From Dicyema japonicum (taxonomy: Eukaryota > Animalia > Dicyemida): DNA of 64,000 nucleotides. The stretch lies in NCBI GenBank assembly GCA_011109175.1, contig RDEW01000016.1, positions 108,087 to 172,086 of the forward strand. Direction: 5' to 3'. The first letter of the stretch is position 1; the number at the start of each line of letters is the position of its first letter. Below, piece by piece: positions 50,207 to 64,000 of this stretch. The notes under the pieces were generated by a model that was not told the DNA's origin, made no database searches, and saw nothing but the letters and a program-made list of their open reading frames with translations. Both the position numbers and the translations under genes were made by a program.

Positions 50207-50274
50207 TTTATTTTTATATTCTAACATGTTTTTTTCGGTAAATATATTTTATTTAATTTTAATAAATTTATGAA

Positions 50275-50760
50275 TTTTTTTCAATACATGCTCACGAAAT
50301 AAGGCTCTAAATGAATTAATTTTTTTAATATTAGATCTAAAAATAAAAAAATGAACAATGCCGAATTTGTAAATATCATTATAAATTTTTTTAAATAAAA
50401 TTTTGAATTTTTTACCGGCTTGTGGTTATGAGTGATATACTTGTTATACGAAAATATTCAAAACTGAAAGACTACGAACTACCACATTCTGAAATGGAGT
50501 CAGTTGCCTTCCTTCAAGATGTTGGAATCTTCCCGAAAGAAAAGAAATGCCTTAAAAGACATTTGATGACCCTTCTCCATCAGCGTGAGAATACAACATG
50601 GGTGTGCGATAAAAGCGGGTGTCAAACTTATAGTTCTGTCATAAACGGTATGATAAGATAGTACTTTATTTTTAGGTACGTGGCTTGGAGGCAAGACAGT
50701 TTCGTTACAAACCTGTATTCGTTTCATATATACAAGTGCACATACACAGACTGTTGAGAA
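50275..50760 (+). mobile_element. Second Merlin copy (left end), uninterrupted TIR
   Basis: caatacatgctcacgaaataaggctctaaatgaattaat... has a single ctctaaat; same zinc-finger remnant (YELPHSEMESVAFLQDVGIFPKEKKCLKRH). Confidence 0.8.
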
Positions 50761-50789
50761 GTTCACATAAAAATTAAATAGGAAAATTT

Positions 50790-53530
50790 AGAATGTGGGG
50801 AAGCGCAAAATGCGGGAATAAAAGACAAAGAGGTACCGCGCGTCACTTCATGGGTTCATATTTTGCAGGTATTTAATACTCCGAGTTATTTTGTAGAATT
50901 TTTGTGGAAAAGGCAAATGAGCCATTTGGAAAACTCCTTCGGTGAATTAATAGATGCCGATCGTTTTTTAATTGATAATTATTCATGTAGAAGTTTTACC
51001 TCAACAATAAATCACTTCTATTGGATCAGCGGGAACGTCGGTTTTTTGTTAAGCCACCGGTTTCCTTCGCTTGAAGACCAGAAATAAATAAATCCTTAAA
51101 TTTTTTCAAATTTTCCGGAATGTGATTCGACCAGAAAACTCAAGCACTTTTGATTTCTGGTTTCTACTGAGTCTATCATTTGGTCCAATCACTCAGAAGG
51201 AAGACAAAGCTTTCATCAGTCTTGAAGCGATGCAAGCGATAAAGGTGTGTCACTACTTAATTATCTAAGCAATTAACCACTGTGCTTGATAAAAGACGGT
51301 GAGATGATAGACATCACTGCGATGCCGTGTAGGTAAAAAAGTGATTTCTGCTAGATTCACCACGAGCTAAGACTTTCTTGAGCACTAACCAACACAAAGT
51401 TAAGGTATCGTTTGGCTGAAGATTTAAAATATAGAATGTAGTTGACAAATGAATTCTTTTTTAGTAGATCTTTTAAATAATTGGAATGGCTCCAGCATGA
51501 TAGAGTCAGGGATCTTGCGGGAATATGAAAGAGAAAGCATAAAATGATTCTTCAGCAGATTAGCCCTCAGATTATGGTGAACGACTCTAAATGATAGACA
51601 CAGCATTCCTTCTCATCTAGGTGAGTTGCTCCGTGCCACAGCCAAAGGGAAGATTCGGCTATTTTGATGTTTAAATCACTCAGACAGTGGAACAGGACTC
51701 TTGTAGTTGCTTTTCTGATATCTTAAATTAGACAGTTCATGTTCTTTTAGTAGGACGAGGCTGAGAATGTGAGCTTTATATCTTCGGCATAGAAATTCTG
51801 CGATAATGACCGTGTGTGTTTCATGATTTGATGACCCGCAGTTGTCTTTATAGGTCTCGTAGGAATTGGAGTAGCATCCGTTACTTTTTTGTGTAATAGA
51901 TTCCAATTCCTCTTCTTCAAATCTAGTTTTCGATAAACACTTCTTTTTTTAGTTTTCGCAGACACAGAAGTGCTTGGTAAGCCTTTTTCTTCATTTTGGC
52001 TCCTTCAACATAATCTCCTCTTCATGACGCGAATGGTCAACATTGCTGATGCCACTCAATGTGCACTCCTGTTAAAAAAACTTTCTATAGTCTGAAATTC
52101 TCACGGCTTTTCACTTTCCCATAAAGAGACTTAAGCCGCGGGATTTACACCACCAAAGAATTTCTTCCAAAAATCCACGAGACTTTTCAAGATGTCTGAT
52201 ATCAGTACGTCGTCTGCATAAATAATTACGTTAGAACTAAGATTCCTGAGAGCCGAAAAATCTCTTATAAATATTTTAAAGAGCAGAGGACTCAAGCCTT
52301 GTGGCACTCCCCTCCTCAATCTCTTCAGAAGTAAATCCTCCACATTTCACAAATGAACTTCTCCCTGTCTGAAGATTCCTTAACCAATCGAGTAAAGGTT
52401 TTGGGATCTCAGCTGTGACTGACAAAAAGTGCGTCATTCCAAACACAATCGAAAGCCTTCAATATATCCAGACACACGAGACTCAGCTGATATTTGAAGT
52501 TCCCGGCCTTCTCAGTCTCAGAGTTCAAGATGAAAAAACAATCTCCACGTGATCTCCTTAGACGAAAGCCCCATTGTTCCTAGGTAATGGAGGACCTTAA
52601 AGGTAATTAGGACCCTCCTTGAATAGCTTTAAGCGCATCCCGTCCATTTCAGGAGCTTTATCTCAGCACTCCATAATAGTTTGTTTCACCCCTTCTTTAG
52701 TGATGATCTCCATGCCGCGTAGTCAAACACTACTCAGTGGGTCCATTATGAAGACAAATATCTGCAGTGACAGTCACCCTGTAGAATCACCCTCCTCATT
52801 CAGAATTCTCCAAATTGTTTCCAGTTGAAGTTCAATTTAATTTTTCACTTCGTGGCCAAGTTCTTTACGAAGGTCACAATCCAGTAAGGGAGTCCAGAGT
52901 TATCAAGTGCCCGATTCAAAAAGTCATGATACACTGAATCGAAGGCCTTATAACGTTCTGCTGGTTGATGCTTTGGTTTGATGTGCCCACTCCTAAGCCC
53001 CTTGGCACATCTTTCGTGTCCCCAATTGATTGTCACTGCTGGTATGCCTCAATATAGTCTGATCATTTTCTGTTCAAATTTCGTCACCAACTTGAAAAAA
53101 TTGGGCATTTACGTAATTTGTCTTAAGTCCTTTGGGGTATGACACACGTCTTTCTTGGAAATAAGATTGGTGATTCCAGTTTGGAACCACTCATCTTGAG
53201 TATACTTTCCGTGTATTAACTTTGAGACCTCTTCACAAAGGTGGTCCTGAATTGATGTAAATTTTTTGAGGAAAAGTTGTACGCCCCATCACATCCGCTA
53301 GCTCTCCAGTTGGGAAAATGTTCAAGTACTTCCAGAATGCTTTCTTTGCTAAAGTCTGCAAATGTGTCTTGTGTTCCAGTCACTAGTTTTTTCATCCAAA
53401 ATTTGTTCTCATTGCAAGCCTGTTCTTTCCAAATATTCTCCCAAAATAAAAGACACTGGCTTTCGCTGAACAAAAATTGAGAATTCTCTTGCTCCTCGTA
53501 CTCTCATCGTCTTCTTGAGTACAACGGATT
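50790..53530 (-). mobile_element. Mosaic of decayed non-LTR retroelement fragments (R4/NeSL-like RT; possible REL remnant)
   Basis: NWRASGCDG, KAFDSVYH, RRGVPQGLSPLLF..YADD; a second DISKAFD-like motif near 52470 implies at least two elements. Confidence 0.65.
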
Positions 53531-53813
53531 GGATGTATGTTCTGGTTGATAAATCTATTGCAATGGCTCGCAAGTGAGATTTATTTAAAAAAATTATTTA
53601 AAAAAATTATAAATTTTCCGATATTTATATTATTCATTTTTAGATGCCATATCTTTTTTAGCGTGGCATCATGCGGTTCACCTGTTGTTGTGGTGCCGCT
53701 CAGTGAAGTCAGTTCACCGTTCGACTTTCCTTACGATCTTCAGAAGGGTCGCCTACCAAGTTCCCCGTTTTCTCTTTACTACTTCTGTCTGTTGATGTAG
53801 TACCTAATCCACA

Positions 53814-54200
53814 GTGATTATTCTACAATTAAATGTAAATGGAATCTGCAATAGAGTGTTGAAACTACGATCCCTCTTATTTCACTTGAAAGTGGACATT
53901 GCCTTCATTCAAGAATCGAAGCTCTCTAGAAAATACCTAACACCTTGTTTTCCTGGATATCGTGTACTTCACAAGGACCGAACAAGAAGTCTCGGACGAT
54001 GATTATTGACTATCGTTAAGAATGGACTTAAAATTACGGATGTCACCCCTTTTGTATCCTCTCTCTGCGAAGGGGATTTTATTCTGGAACAGATTTCTAT
54101 TAGTTTCCTGTTCTCCGACGAGATGCTTATAACTGTGCAATGTCTATATACCGCCTCAGGGGTCATGTACTACTTCCTACATCCCCAACCTATTGAGATT
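53814..54200 (+). mobile_element. LINE apurinic endonuclease (APE) domain fragment
   Basis: ILQLNVNGI..DIAFIQESKL..FPGYRVLHKDR..GLLTIVK. Confidence 0.85.
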
Positions 54201-54259
54201 GTGTGGACTAAAGGATCTGCGACTATGCGGAGACTTAAATACCAAACATCCACTCTGTG

Positions 54260-56020
54260 ATAAACACAGACACAAGTGAAATCAGCTTGTTGGTTGACTA
54301 TGCCACAAGAAGACAAACACCTTCTAGTAAACGCACGTTCATATGAAGGCTCGACGACTGTCCTTTACCCTGAAAAAACATGCCATTAAATACAAGAATG
54401 CCAAAAATCACGAATTTGAGAAAATCAGAGGCGACTGAAAGGCTGATTTCCCAACCGGAGACTACTGAGAGATATCAACAATACATTCAGACTCATATGC
54501 AGGACGTATTGGTGGATACCTCGTTAAAGAAGCCTGGAAACGCACAAAGGACACCATCAACGAAGCTGCTGAGGCATGTCTTGGCAAAAGGGAGAATAGT
54601 AAAATGCACCTGAAGGCTATTCATCCAGATGTTCCTAAGTTTGCAAACAGTCTAAAAGAATAAATATGAGAAAATCAATTGCCACCGACGCTAATACGAT
54701 AGAAGCCCTTCAGGGCGAAAGGCAACGTGTCAGAAGAAAAATAAAGGGTCGGAACAAGAAGCTTTTCATAGAAGAAATAGCTTCCTGTATATAAGTAAAC
54801 AAAGTGAAAGACAACGCACAGGTGTACGTCGCTGCCCGTTTGCTGCGGCGAACAAACCGAAGTCGACTAACCATAAAAGACGAGAACGGTAAGCTAATAC
54901 TGAACACCAAAGAACAAACTGAAGTCATCGCGGCTCACTTTGAGAAGCTTTTCAACATCAAAACCATAGAAATCCACCCATTTGATGGAAGGCCAAGACC
55001 CCTTGAGATACCAATCACGGCCGAGGAAATCAAAACGGCCTGCCGAAAACTCAAGAATAACAGAAGCCCCGGACCAGATGCGATAAACCCAGAACTACTG
55101 AAATACGGCCCTGACCTCCTTTTTGAAAAAATCGCTACACTACTAAATGAAATTTCAACTAACTCAACTCTACTCTGCTGGTACGGGACTACTAATCCCC
55201 ATACAAAAAACCAACAAAAACAGAGGACCGATCGAAAATTAGCGACCTATCATACTACTAAATTCATTACGCAAAGTCTTGGAAAACATTGTGCTTGAAC
55301 GAATAAAAGGATCCGCTTACAAATACCTACCAGATAGTCAGAGTGGTTTTCGAGAAGGGAGATCTACAGCTGATGCGGTATGGAGTCACAGATGGAGGTG
55401 TGCAACATATCAAATATACCGTAACGCCACCAATATTTTGGGAATTGAATTATCAAGAGCTTTTTGATACGGTTAACAGGAACAATTTAATGGAGGTACT
55501 GAGCGAATTTCTTGATGAGTCGAGTCTAAGGATGACCCAAATTCTACTTTCTAACACTGAGCTCCTTGTGAGAGTCGGAAAGACCCATTCAAGAAAATTT
55601 GAAACAAACACGGGCACTCCACAGGAGACTCTCTTTCTCCTCTACTATTCACAATTTTTTTGGAAGCCGCTATGAGGGAACTTAGACCGTTATATCAAGG
55701 AAAGTACTGGAAGTACTGGAATCCCGATGGAAGCTCTTCGGACACGTGCTGAGGATGGAATTAACATCCCCACCTAACATATCTATGGAAACATACTATG
55801 TTAGTCAAGAAGGCCGCTATCGTGGAAGACCAAGAACAACACTGCCAATAGTCTTATAAAAAGACCTGGTCAATATCAAAAAAATCTAGTAAATGCCGAC
55901 GACCTGGACAACATGAGAGCCTTGGCTAGGAACAGGGGAGCATGGAAAAGGATGACATCTAACCTTGTTTCTTTTGCTGCACATGATTAGTATGGCTCTC
56001 GTGAGTGCTTATAATAATAA
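54260..56020 (+). mobile_element. RTE-like LINE, frameshifted, with (TAA)n tail
   Basis: KLKNNRSPGPDAINPELLKYG, LPDSQSGFREGRSTAD, GIELSRAFDTV, GTPQ; ataataataat near 56010. Confidence 0.85.
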
Positions 56021-56059
56021 TCCCTAATGTGGTCCCACAAGGCTCCTCTCTGCCTTCTC

Positions 56060-56600
56060 AATTATTTAACTAATTTCTACAGGATTTGCCTACAATCAAA
56101 CATCAGGAGACTATGTTTTATCATATGCGGATGACCTGGTTTTCGCTAAAGGGACAAATCTCAATCCAGTGCTGTGGCCGTGGTTCAGTCACACCTCAAC
56201 CAAGGTGTTTGACTGGCTATCCAAGAATTTGTTATCTTTGTCGCATCAAAGTCTCAGTTCATCCTTTTTACAACGGACAGAAGATTTAAAGGAGTTGAGA
56301 TATTCCTCGGAAACATTCTCATCCCGCGAGTGCAGAACATCCTTGTAGTGACATTCGACTCTTATGACGTTATCCAGTCATACAGAGGAAGTGTTACAAT
56401 GGGTCTTCGAAAATGGAACGTCTTAAAAAATTGTGCTGACGGTTGAATATGCTTGTTCTGGCTGGAGAATCGATATTCCTTCTACTAGGATGGAGCATAT
56501 GAACTCTCTCAGACGTAAGATCATGAAGCATATGCAATCAGACTCCACATCCATCCCCAATCTCTTTTAAGAGGAGGCGACGATATGTGACCAGGGCTTC
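56060..56600 (+). mobile_element. Decayed LINE RT fragment
   Basis: SYADDLVF motif at ~56110-56135 followed by broken frames. Confidence 0.55.
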
Positions 56601-57189
56601 CTACAAATGTGCGATGAGCTAAAAAGCCAATTCAGAAAAAGGCAAAGGAATTTAGATCGGCATTAAAAAAAGTGCATTCCGATAGAATTCCTCTGCAGAA
56701 ATAAAAGAAGACACTTCAGGACACTTCAGGAACGCTGTTGCTTCACCAGTGGAGCATTCGAGAGAATTCGAGAGATGCTGGAGGCTGGGATCACTTAAAT
56801 ATCGAGTTAATTCTTTCTTTCTTGGTGGTCTTTGGGTTTTAAAGCAATAATAAGTGCAATTTTTAGAAATTTTAGTTGTCATAAAAATTGTCCTAATTAT
56901 GAGAGTGCATAATCTAGCTAATTGGAGCACTTAATTGGCTTTGAAAAAATGATGATACATCATTTAACCCTTTCTATTATACCTTGTTGTTATTGTAACT
57001 AGTTTTTTAAATCAATCTTTAATATTTAAGAGCAATAAGGAATAGAATTAATGTATTATTCAAAATACGTAATAAAATTGAATAAATGACTTAAATTGAA
57101 TAAATTAACCAAATCTTATTTCTAACCAAAAACCCCTATATCCCATAGTCATGTTAGTATTTATTAATTACGCTTGCGACACCAGCCAT

Positions 57190-57960
57190 ACACGTTGGTT
57201 GAGTTTCTTATTGCACTACACACTGAAATAATATTTATAATTACAAATGCGATTTGCTGGGTTGTGGTTTTTTCTAATAATATTAATATCAAACAAATAC
57301 AGTCCATCAATTGTCAATATTAATCCCATCTGAACAGCTAGATATATACCTAAACTAAATATAATTCTATACGCTTTTGGATTGTTCATTGGATCAGTAC
57401 ATAATGCAAGCATACTAATTTAATATTAAAAATACGAATATAATGCAACTTGATAGGTGCAGCTATCCTAAATGATTGTATAATGGAATCAATAGGAAAA
57501 TAACTATAAATTAATAGTATAACATACACACGTTCAAGATTTATTAATGTTTTTGCAAAATCGATATGTATAAATTAAGTCTGACACAATTTTGAAAATA
57601 TCTATCAATTTAAAATATATAAAACATTATGTAATTGATACAGGGAATGTATTTGAAAAAATAGTTGTAATACTATTATCACTTGGCAAAACTATAAATG
57701 ATTTATAATGCAATACAATCGTTTAACATTCATTTGATTAAATGAAAAAATATTTGTGAGAAGAAAAGTAATGTTACTTGCAACAAGAGAAGATATCTCT
57801 GAATTGTAGCTAAGTTCAGGATTTATGCCAAATTCACACTTTATCCACATTCTGTGATAATAAATAATTTTAAATATTACAAAATGCCACCACGGTTTTC
57901 TTGATCGTTACATAGATTGACCATTATTGATTGATGAAACATTACAGTAAAGAAATAGAA
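57190..57960 (-). CDS. AT-rich multi-exon membrane-protein gene fragment, TMEM145/GPR180-like
   Basis: Exons RSRKPWWHF, SLVASNITFLLTNIF and RIIFSLGIYLAVQMGLILTIDGLYLFD..NPA fall in the same order as TMEM145 segments (..RWWY.., ETDVTFLLIF, ..LYTLTHVVLLIYEAEFFDP..SPA). By-eye match; ends not found. Confidence 0.4.
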
Positions 57961-58089
57961 TAGTACATCTGAATTATTACATCAATTTACGAAATCTGTG
58001 CTTATAAGCCTACTAATTAATTCATATTTCACCGGCCATAGCGTCGACTTTGCGCTGACACTAGTGCTTAGATTAGAAAATAATTCTTC

Positions 58090-61000
58090 CAATATAACCT
58101 ACCCAACCAACAGCTTATCAGTTTCCCTAATAATAGCACATCTATAATCTCAAAGAACGTTCGCTCGTTATTTTACATTACCCATATGATTACACCATAT
58201 GCTCTAAGACAGTGCTTCTTAACAAGGAACGATTTCTACTCGTTCGGGTAATACTAAAAACAAAAGGATAAAAGTCACATCACCAATAAATACCTCAATC
58301 GACAATATTCTGACTTTTTTATTTATATAAAGTAAAAGATTTAAAATAGTGATTTTTTCTACAAGTTCTTGAGAATTGGATGAATCTTGTTGATCAGTTT
58401 GACGACGACTAACTGGAGATTTATAGAAAACGAATTTTGGTTAAGAATCATGAATGACCAACAATTTAAATTAACCTAATTTCACTTCAATATTGTTGTG
58501 GTAAATCAGATGATTTTTCTGTTGCATATTAATTTTTAATGGTGCTTTAGATTGTTACTTGATTTTATTTCTAAGATATTTATAGATCTTGGTAATTGGC
58601 TCTTTTCCTATTCGTACTATTTGTTCTATTGTTTTTGAAAGGCAAATAAGAAAATCATCTCTAAATGGAAGTATCACCTTCTTTATATTCTTCATTTTGG
58701 AAAGGCTATTTTTTAATTAAGGTTAACAATAAGGAAATTTGATGCTTTTTTGAATATTCTGAATTAATTAACACAATTTTATATTTTGAAAATTACTTTA
58801 TTTATTAAATAAAACTTAGATATCTCAAATCTTCCATATTTGTTGATAGCGAAGATTTTACTTTAAGGCTACGAAATTCTACAGAAGTTTTCCGGGTCAA
58901 TGATAAGACCAACCATTTTACGTCTTATGTGATGTAAAGTTAAAGCCTACTACTAATGATGTAGTATGTGGTGATTTAGTAATAGTGCTGAGAAGCAAAA
59001 CCAATAAAAATCCCAATCACAGTGGAAGAGGTGGAATTAGCGATAAATAAACTGAAGAACGACAAGAGTGCTGGGCCAAACAACAGAAGCCCTGAGGTCC
59101 TAAAATATGGCAAAAAAACATAGCAACACAATTGCAAAAACCCTAAATGACATCTTTGAAACTAATACCGATCTAGGACTTGGAAATGGATTATTAATAC
59201 CCATACAAAACCCGATCAAATCATAGAGACCAGTAAAAAATCTCACCCCGATAATAATTCTGAATTCGATACGCAAGGTGCTGGCGAACATTGCACTAAG
59301 CCGGATAAAGGGTCTGGCGGATCTATACCTGCCAGCAAATCAACGTGGGTTCCGAAGTGGGAGGTCTACGGCAGACATTGTATGGACCCACAGATGGCGC
59401 TGCGCAACGCACCAAAGATTCAAGAGGGCAAGAACGCAACGACCGTGTTGAGAATAGATCTCTCCAGAGCATTCACTCAATTAACAGACAGAAACTGATG
59501 AATGTGCGTGAGCAAATATTGGTGAATCGTCGGTTAGGAAAATCAGACTACTACTTGCAAACACAAGACTATCTGTGAGGACAGAAAGAGCAACTTTCCG
59601 CATTTTTAAAACATCGATTGGGACACCCCAGGGTCCAATATAACCTTCCCAACCAACAACTTATCAGTTTCCCTAATAATAGCACATCTATAATCTCAAA
59701 GAACGTTCGCTCGTTATTTTACATTACCCATATGATTACACCACATGCTCTAAGACAGTGCTTCTTAACAAGGAACGATTTCTACTCGTTCGGGTAATAC
59801 TGAAAACAAAAGGATAAAAGTCACATCACCAATAAATACCTCAATCGACAATATTCTGACTTTTTTATTTATATAAAGTAAAAGATTTAAAATAGTGATT
59901 TTTTCTACAAGTTCTTGAGAATTGGATGAATCTTGTTGATCAGTTTGACGACGACTAACTGGACATTTATAGAAAGCGAATTTTGGTTAAGAATCATGAG
60001 TGACCAACAATTTAAATTGACCTAATTTCACTTCAATATTGTTGTGGTAAATCAGATGATTTTTCTGTTGCATATTAATTTTTAATGGTGCTTTAGATTG
60101 TTACTTGATTTTATTTCTGAGATATTTATAGATCTTGGTAATTGGCTCTTTTCCTATTCGTACTATTCGTTCTATTGTTTTTGAAAGGCAAATAAGATAA
60201 TCATCTCCAAATGGAAGTATCACCTTCTTTATATTCTTCATATTGGAAGGGCTATTTTTTAATTAAGGTTAACAACAAGGAAATTTGATGCTTTTTTGAA
60301 TATTCTGAATTAATTAACACAATTTTATATTTTGAAAATTACTTTATTTATTAAATAAAACTTAGATATCTCAAATCTTCCATATTTGTTGATAGCGAAG
60401 ATTTTACTTTAAGGCTACGAAATTCTACAGAAGTTTTCCGGCTCAGTGATAAGACCAACCATTTTACGTCTTATGTGATGTAAAGTTAAAGCCTACTACT
60501 AATAATGTAGTATGTGGTGATTTAGTAATAGTGCTGAGAAGCAAAGGCACTAAAAATCCCAATCACAGTGGAAGAGGTGGAATTAGCGATAAATAAACTG
60601 AAGAACGACAAGAGTCCTGGGCCGGACAACAGAAGCCCTGAGGTCCTAAAATATGGGCAAAAAAACATAGCAACACAATTGCAAAAACCCTAAATGACAT
60701 CTTTGAAACTAATACCGATCTAGGAATTGTAAATAGATTATTAATACCCATACAAAACCGATCAAATCATAGAGACCAGTAAAAAATCTCACCCCGATAA
60801 TAATTCTGAATTCGATACGCAAGGTGCTGGCAAACATTGCACTAAGCCGGATAAAGGTTCTGGCGGATCTATACTTACCAGCAAGTCAAAGTGGGTTCCG
60901 AGAAGGGAGGTCTAGGGCAGACATTGTATGGAGCCATAGATTGCGCTGAGCAACGCACAAAAGGTTCAAGATCGCAAGAGCGCAACGATCGTGTTGGGAA

Positions 61001-63735
61001 TAGATCTCTCCAGAGCATTCGACTCAATAAACAAACAGAAATTGATGAATGAACTTGAGCTAATATTGGATGAATCGTCGGTTAGGATAATCAGACTACT
61101 ACTTGCGAGCACAAGACTATCTGTGAGTACAGAAAGAGCAACTTCCCGCAGTTTCAAAACAACGATTGGGACACCCCAGGGTGATTCCCTCTCCTATTTA
61201 CTATTTACTATATACGTTGAATCTGCACTCCGCGACCTCCGTAAATGCTATATAGGAGACATAGAAAAGACATTTTATGCGGATGATGTGGATTTCGTAT
61301 CACGGGACGCGACCGCACTCCAACATCTACTAGAAAATGCACCTACGGAACTTGAGAAATGGTTTCTCAGCATAAATGTAAACAAAACTGAAATTATTGA
61401 AATCAAAAGAGAAGACAATATTACTCATGGAAGATGGAGACGTACTAATAAGCTCGGCTCCCTACTAAGAGACGCTGAAGATGTACTAAGAAGGAAAACA
61501 CTGGCAAATGCGGCAATGGCTAAACTTAAGAAAGGATGGCTAAGGGCCAAAGGACTTGGAATTGATATCAGAAGCAGGCTTTACAACACGATTGTGAAAT
61601 TGATCCTACTGTACAACGCTGGGACATGGGGAAATTCCTTCAACAAACTATTGAAACTGGATTCGTTCCATAGAAAGCAACCAAAAAGCTTACTCGGAAT
61701 GGAGTGGCAACGTAGAATATCAACCACTGGTATCTACAACAAGTGTATGTGTTCTTACATCAGCAAGGATGTGATAGATGTTCGGTGGAGGTTATTTGAG
61801 CATGTAATAAAAATAAACCCGTACGCACCTTCTAACAAAGCGATGGAAGATTACTTTGACAGTTCCGACAAACCCTTCCGCGGACGACCTAGATCGACAC
61901 TTCCGACTGCCTTAAACCGAGACTTAAATCGTGTGAGAAATAATTTAAAGACGGGGGACGACCTGGACGAATTGAGATCACTCGCATTCGACAGAAGAAG
62001 ATGGAATAGACTAACTATAAATATTGTTTCTTTGAGTGTTGCACATGCGGGGCTATAATCATTATGGCTTTAGTGAAAGTGCCACAATAATGATAATCCC
62101 TGACCTATAAAGCAAAGGAATATAAATTTCTCGTTATATCCCAATTATGATCCAGTTAGTTAGGTACCCCGTTTTCACTAACTTGTAGGAGGGCACGCTA
62201 TTAAATANATAAAACTTAGATATCTCAAATCTTCCATATTTGTTGATAGCGAAGATTTTACTTTAAGGCTACGAAATTCTACAGAAGTTTTCCGGCTCAG
62301 TGATAAGACCAACCATTTTACGTCTTATGTGATGTAAAGTTAAAACCTACTACTAATGATGTAGTATGTGGTGATTTAGTAATAGTGCTGAGAAGCAAAG
62401 GCACTAAAAATCCCAATCACAGTGGAAGAGGTGGAATTAGCGATAAATAAACTGAAGAACGACAAGAGTGCTGGACTACTACTTGCAAACACAAGACTAT
62501 CTGTGAGGACAGAAAGAGCAACTTTCCGCAGTTTCAAAACAACGATTGGGACACCCCAGGGTGATTCCCTCTCCTATTTACTATTTACCATATACCTTGA
62601 ATCTGCACTCCGCGACCTCCGTAAATGCTATATAGGAGACATAGAAAAGATATTTTATGCGGATGATGTGGATTTTGTATCACGGGACTTGACCGCACTC
62701 CAACATCTACTAGAAAATGCACCTACAGTCTTGAGAAATGGTTTCTCAGCGTAAATGTTCACAAAACTGAAATTACGGAAATCAAAAGAAAAGACGATAT
62801 TATTCATGAAAGATGGAGACGTACTAATAAGCTCGGCTCCCTACTAAGAGACGCTGAAGATGTACTAAGAAGGAAAACACTGGCAAATGCGGCAATGGCT
62901 AAACTTAAGAAAGGATGGCTAAGGGCCAAAGGACTTGGAATTGACATCAGAAGCAGGCTTTACAACACGATTGTGAAACCGATCCAACTGTACAACGCTA
63001 GGACATAGGGAAATTCCTTCAACGAACTATTGAAACTGGATTCGTTCCATAGAAAGCAACTAAGAAGCTTACTCGTGATGGAGTGGCAACGTAGAATATC
63101 AACCACTGGTATCTACAACAAGTGTATGTGTTCTTACATCAGCAAGGATGTGATAGATGTTCGGTGGAGGTTATTTGAGCATGTAATAAAAATAAACCCG
63201 TACGCACCCGCTAACAAAGCGATTGAAGATTACTTTGACAGTTCCGACAAACCCTTCCGCGGACGACCTAGATCGACACTTCCGACTGCCTCAAAAAATA
63301 TCTAAATCGTGTGAGAAAAAAATCTAAAGACGGAGGATGACCTGGACGAATTGAGATCACTCGCATTCGACAGAGGAAGATGGAAAAGACTAACTATAAA
63401 TATTGTTTCTTTGATTGTTGCACATGCGGGGCTATAATCATTATGGCTTTCGTGAAAGTGCCACAATAATGATAATCCCTGACCTATAAAGCAAAGGAAT
63501 AAAAATTTCTCGTTATATCCCAATTATGATAAAGTTAGTTAGGTACCCCGCTTTCACTAACTTGTAGGAGGGCAGCGCTATTAAATACATTATGGCTTTC
63601 GTGAAAGTGCCACAATAATGATAATCCCTGACCTATAAAGCAAAGGAATAAAAATTTCTCGTTATATCCCAATTATGATCCAGTTAGTTAGGTACCCCGC
63701 TTTCACTAACTTGTAGGAGGGCAGCGCTATTAAAT
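58090..63735 (+). repeat. Tandem segmental array: ~0.9-kb AT-rich block plus RTE LINE, about 3 partial copies (starts ~58090, 59635, 62209), and a duplicated 3'UTR
   Basis: ccaatataacct.cccaacc at 58090 and 59635; ataaaacttagatatctc restart after n 62208; cattatggctttcgtgaaagtgcc repeated at ~63440 and ~63590. Confidence 0.88.
60530..62205 (+). mobile_element. 5'-truncated RTE-clade LINE with an open 355-codon RT 3' half (60991-62058)
   Basis: EEVELAINKLKNDKS.GP, GIDLSRAFDSI, GTPQGDSLS, FYADD, LYNAGTW, RWRLFEHV, RGRPR, DRRRW. Confidence 0.92.
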
Positions 63736-64000
63736 AAGACGCAGTAAATGAAGGTGGATTGCATAGATCGTTCTGTCGCGGAATTGTAGACTAACATTGC
63801 GCTAATTCATGACATTTAAGGTCGAAACCAGAGGAGCATACACCAAAGATGCCCCAACAAACTAAAGGAGAAAGTAAACCGGTAACTTCTGGAGGGCGAC
63901 GTGTAGGTAGCCTTACGGATTATCACGTCAGATGATACAGTATTGTCTTGTACCCCCGAGGTCCTAAATACCTTAATTCTGAAGCACCCTAATGCACCGA

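Noticed and set aside
56652-56930. 92-aa minus-strand ORF
   Set aside because: No recognisable motif or supporting exon structure; it lies among LINE debris.

Overview
Eukaryotic (animal) draft-assembly window, not prokaryotic. Genes are split by many ultra-short GT-AG introns (mostly 21-30 nt), so the ORF track fragments or misses most of them. The micro-introns, the strong protein divergence and the animal-type MRPS12/PHTF/IMPDH point to a reduced parasitic animal such as a myxozoan cnidarian or a dicyemid; this is inference and the taxon cannot be fixed from sequence alone. Recognisable genes: cathepsin L-like protease, ADAT3 3' end, exportin-2/CSE1L, MRPS12, ELOF1, URB2-like, AP-1 mu, IMPDH, TMEM19, PHTF-like, an ACO1/IRP-family protein and a probable TMEM145-like fragment. 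These are interleaved with decayed TEs (hAT, Merlin, Tigger/pogo, Tc1, and CRE-, RTE-, R4/NeSL- and APE-type LINE retroelements). Best leads: (1) an ACO1/IRP homologue that has lost an Fe-S cysteine ligand and most catalytic residues, a candidate pseudoenzyme or RNA-binding protein; (2) a hAT transposon whose transposase carries three host-type micro-introns, one inside the HTEVRWLS motif; (3) a Merlin element whose two terminal inverted repeats (TIRs) were each hit by a different hAT at the identical 8-bp site, within a four-level TE nest; (4) a mitoribosomal S12 with an altered decoding loop. All alignments were made by eye from remembered family motifs; no database searches were run.
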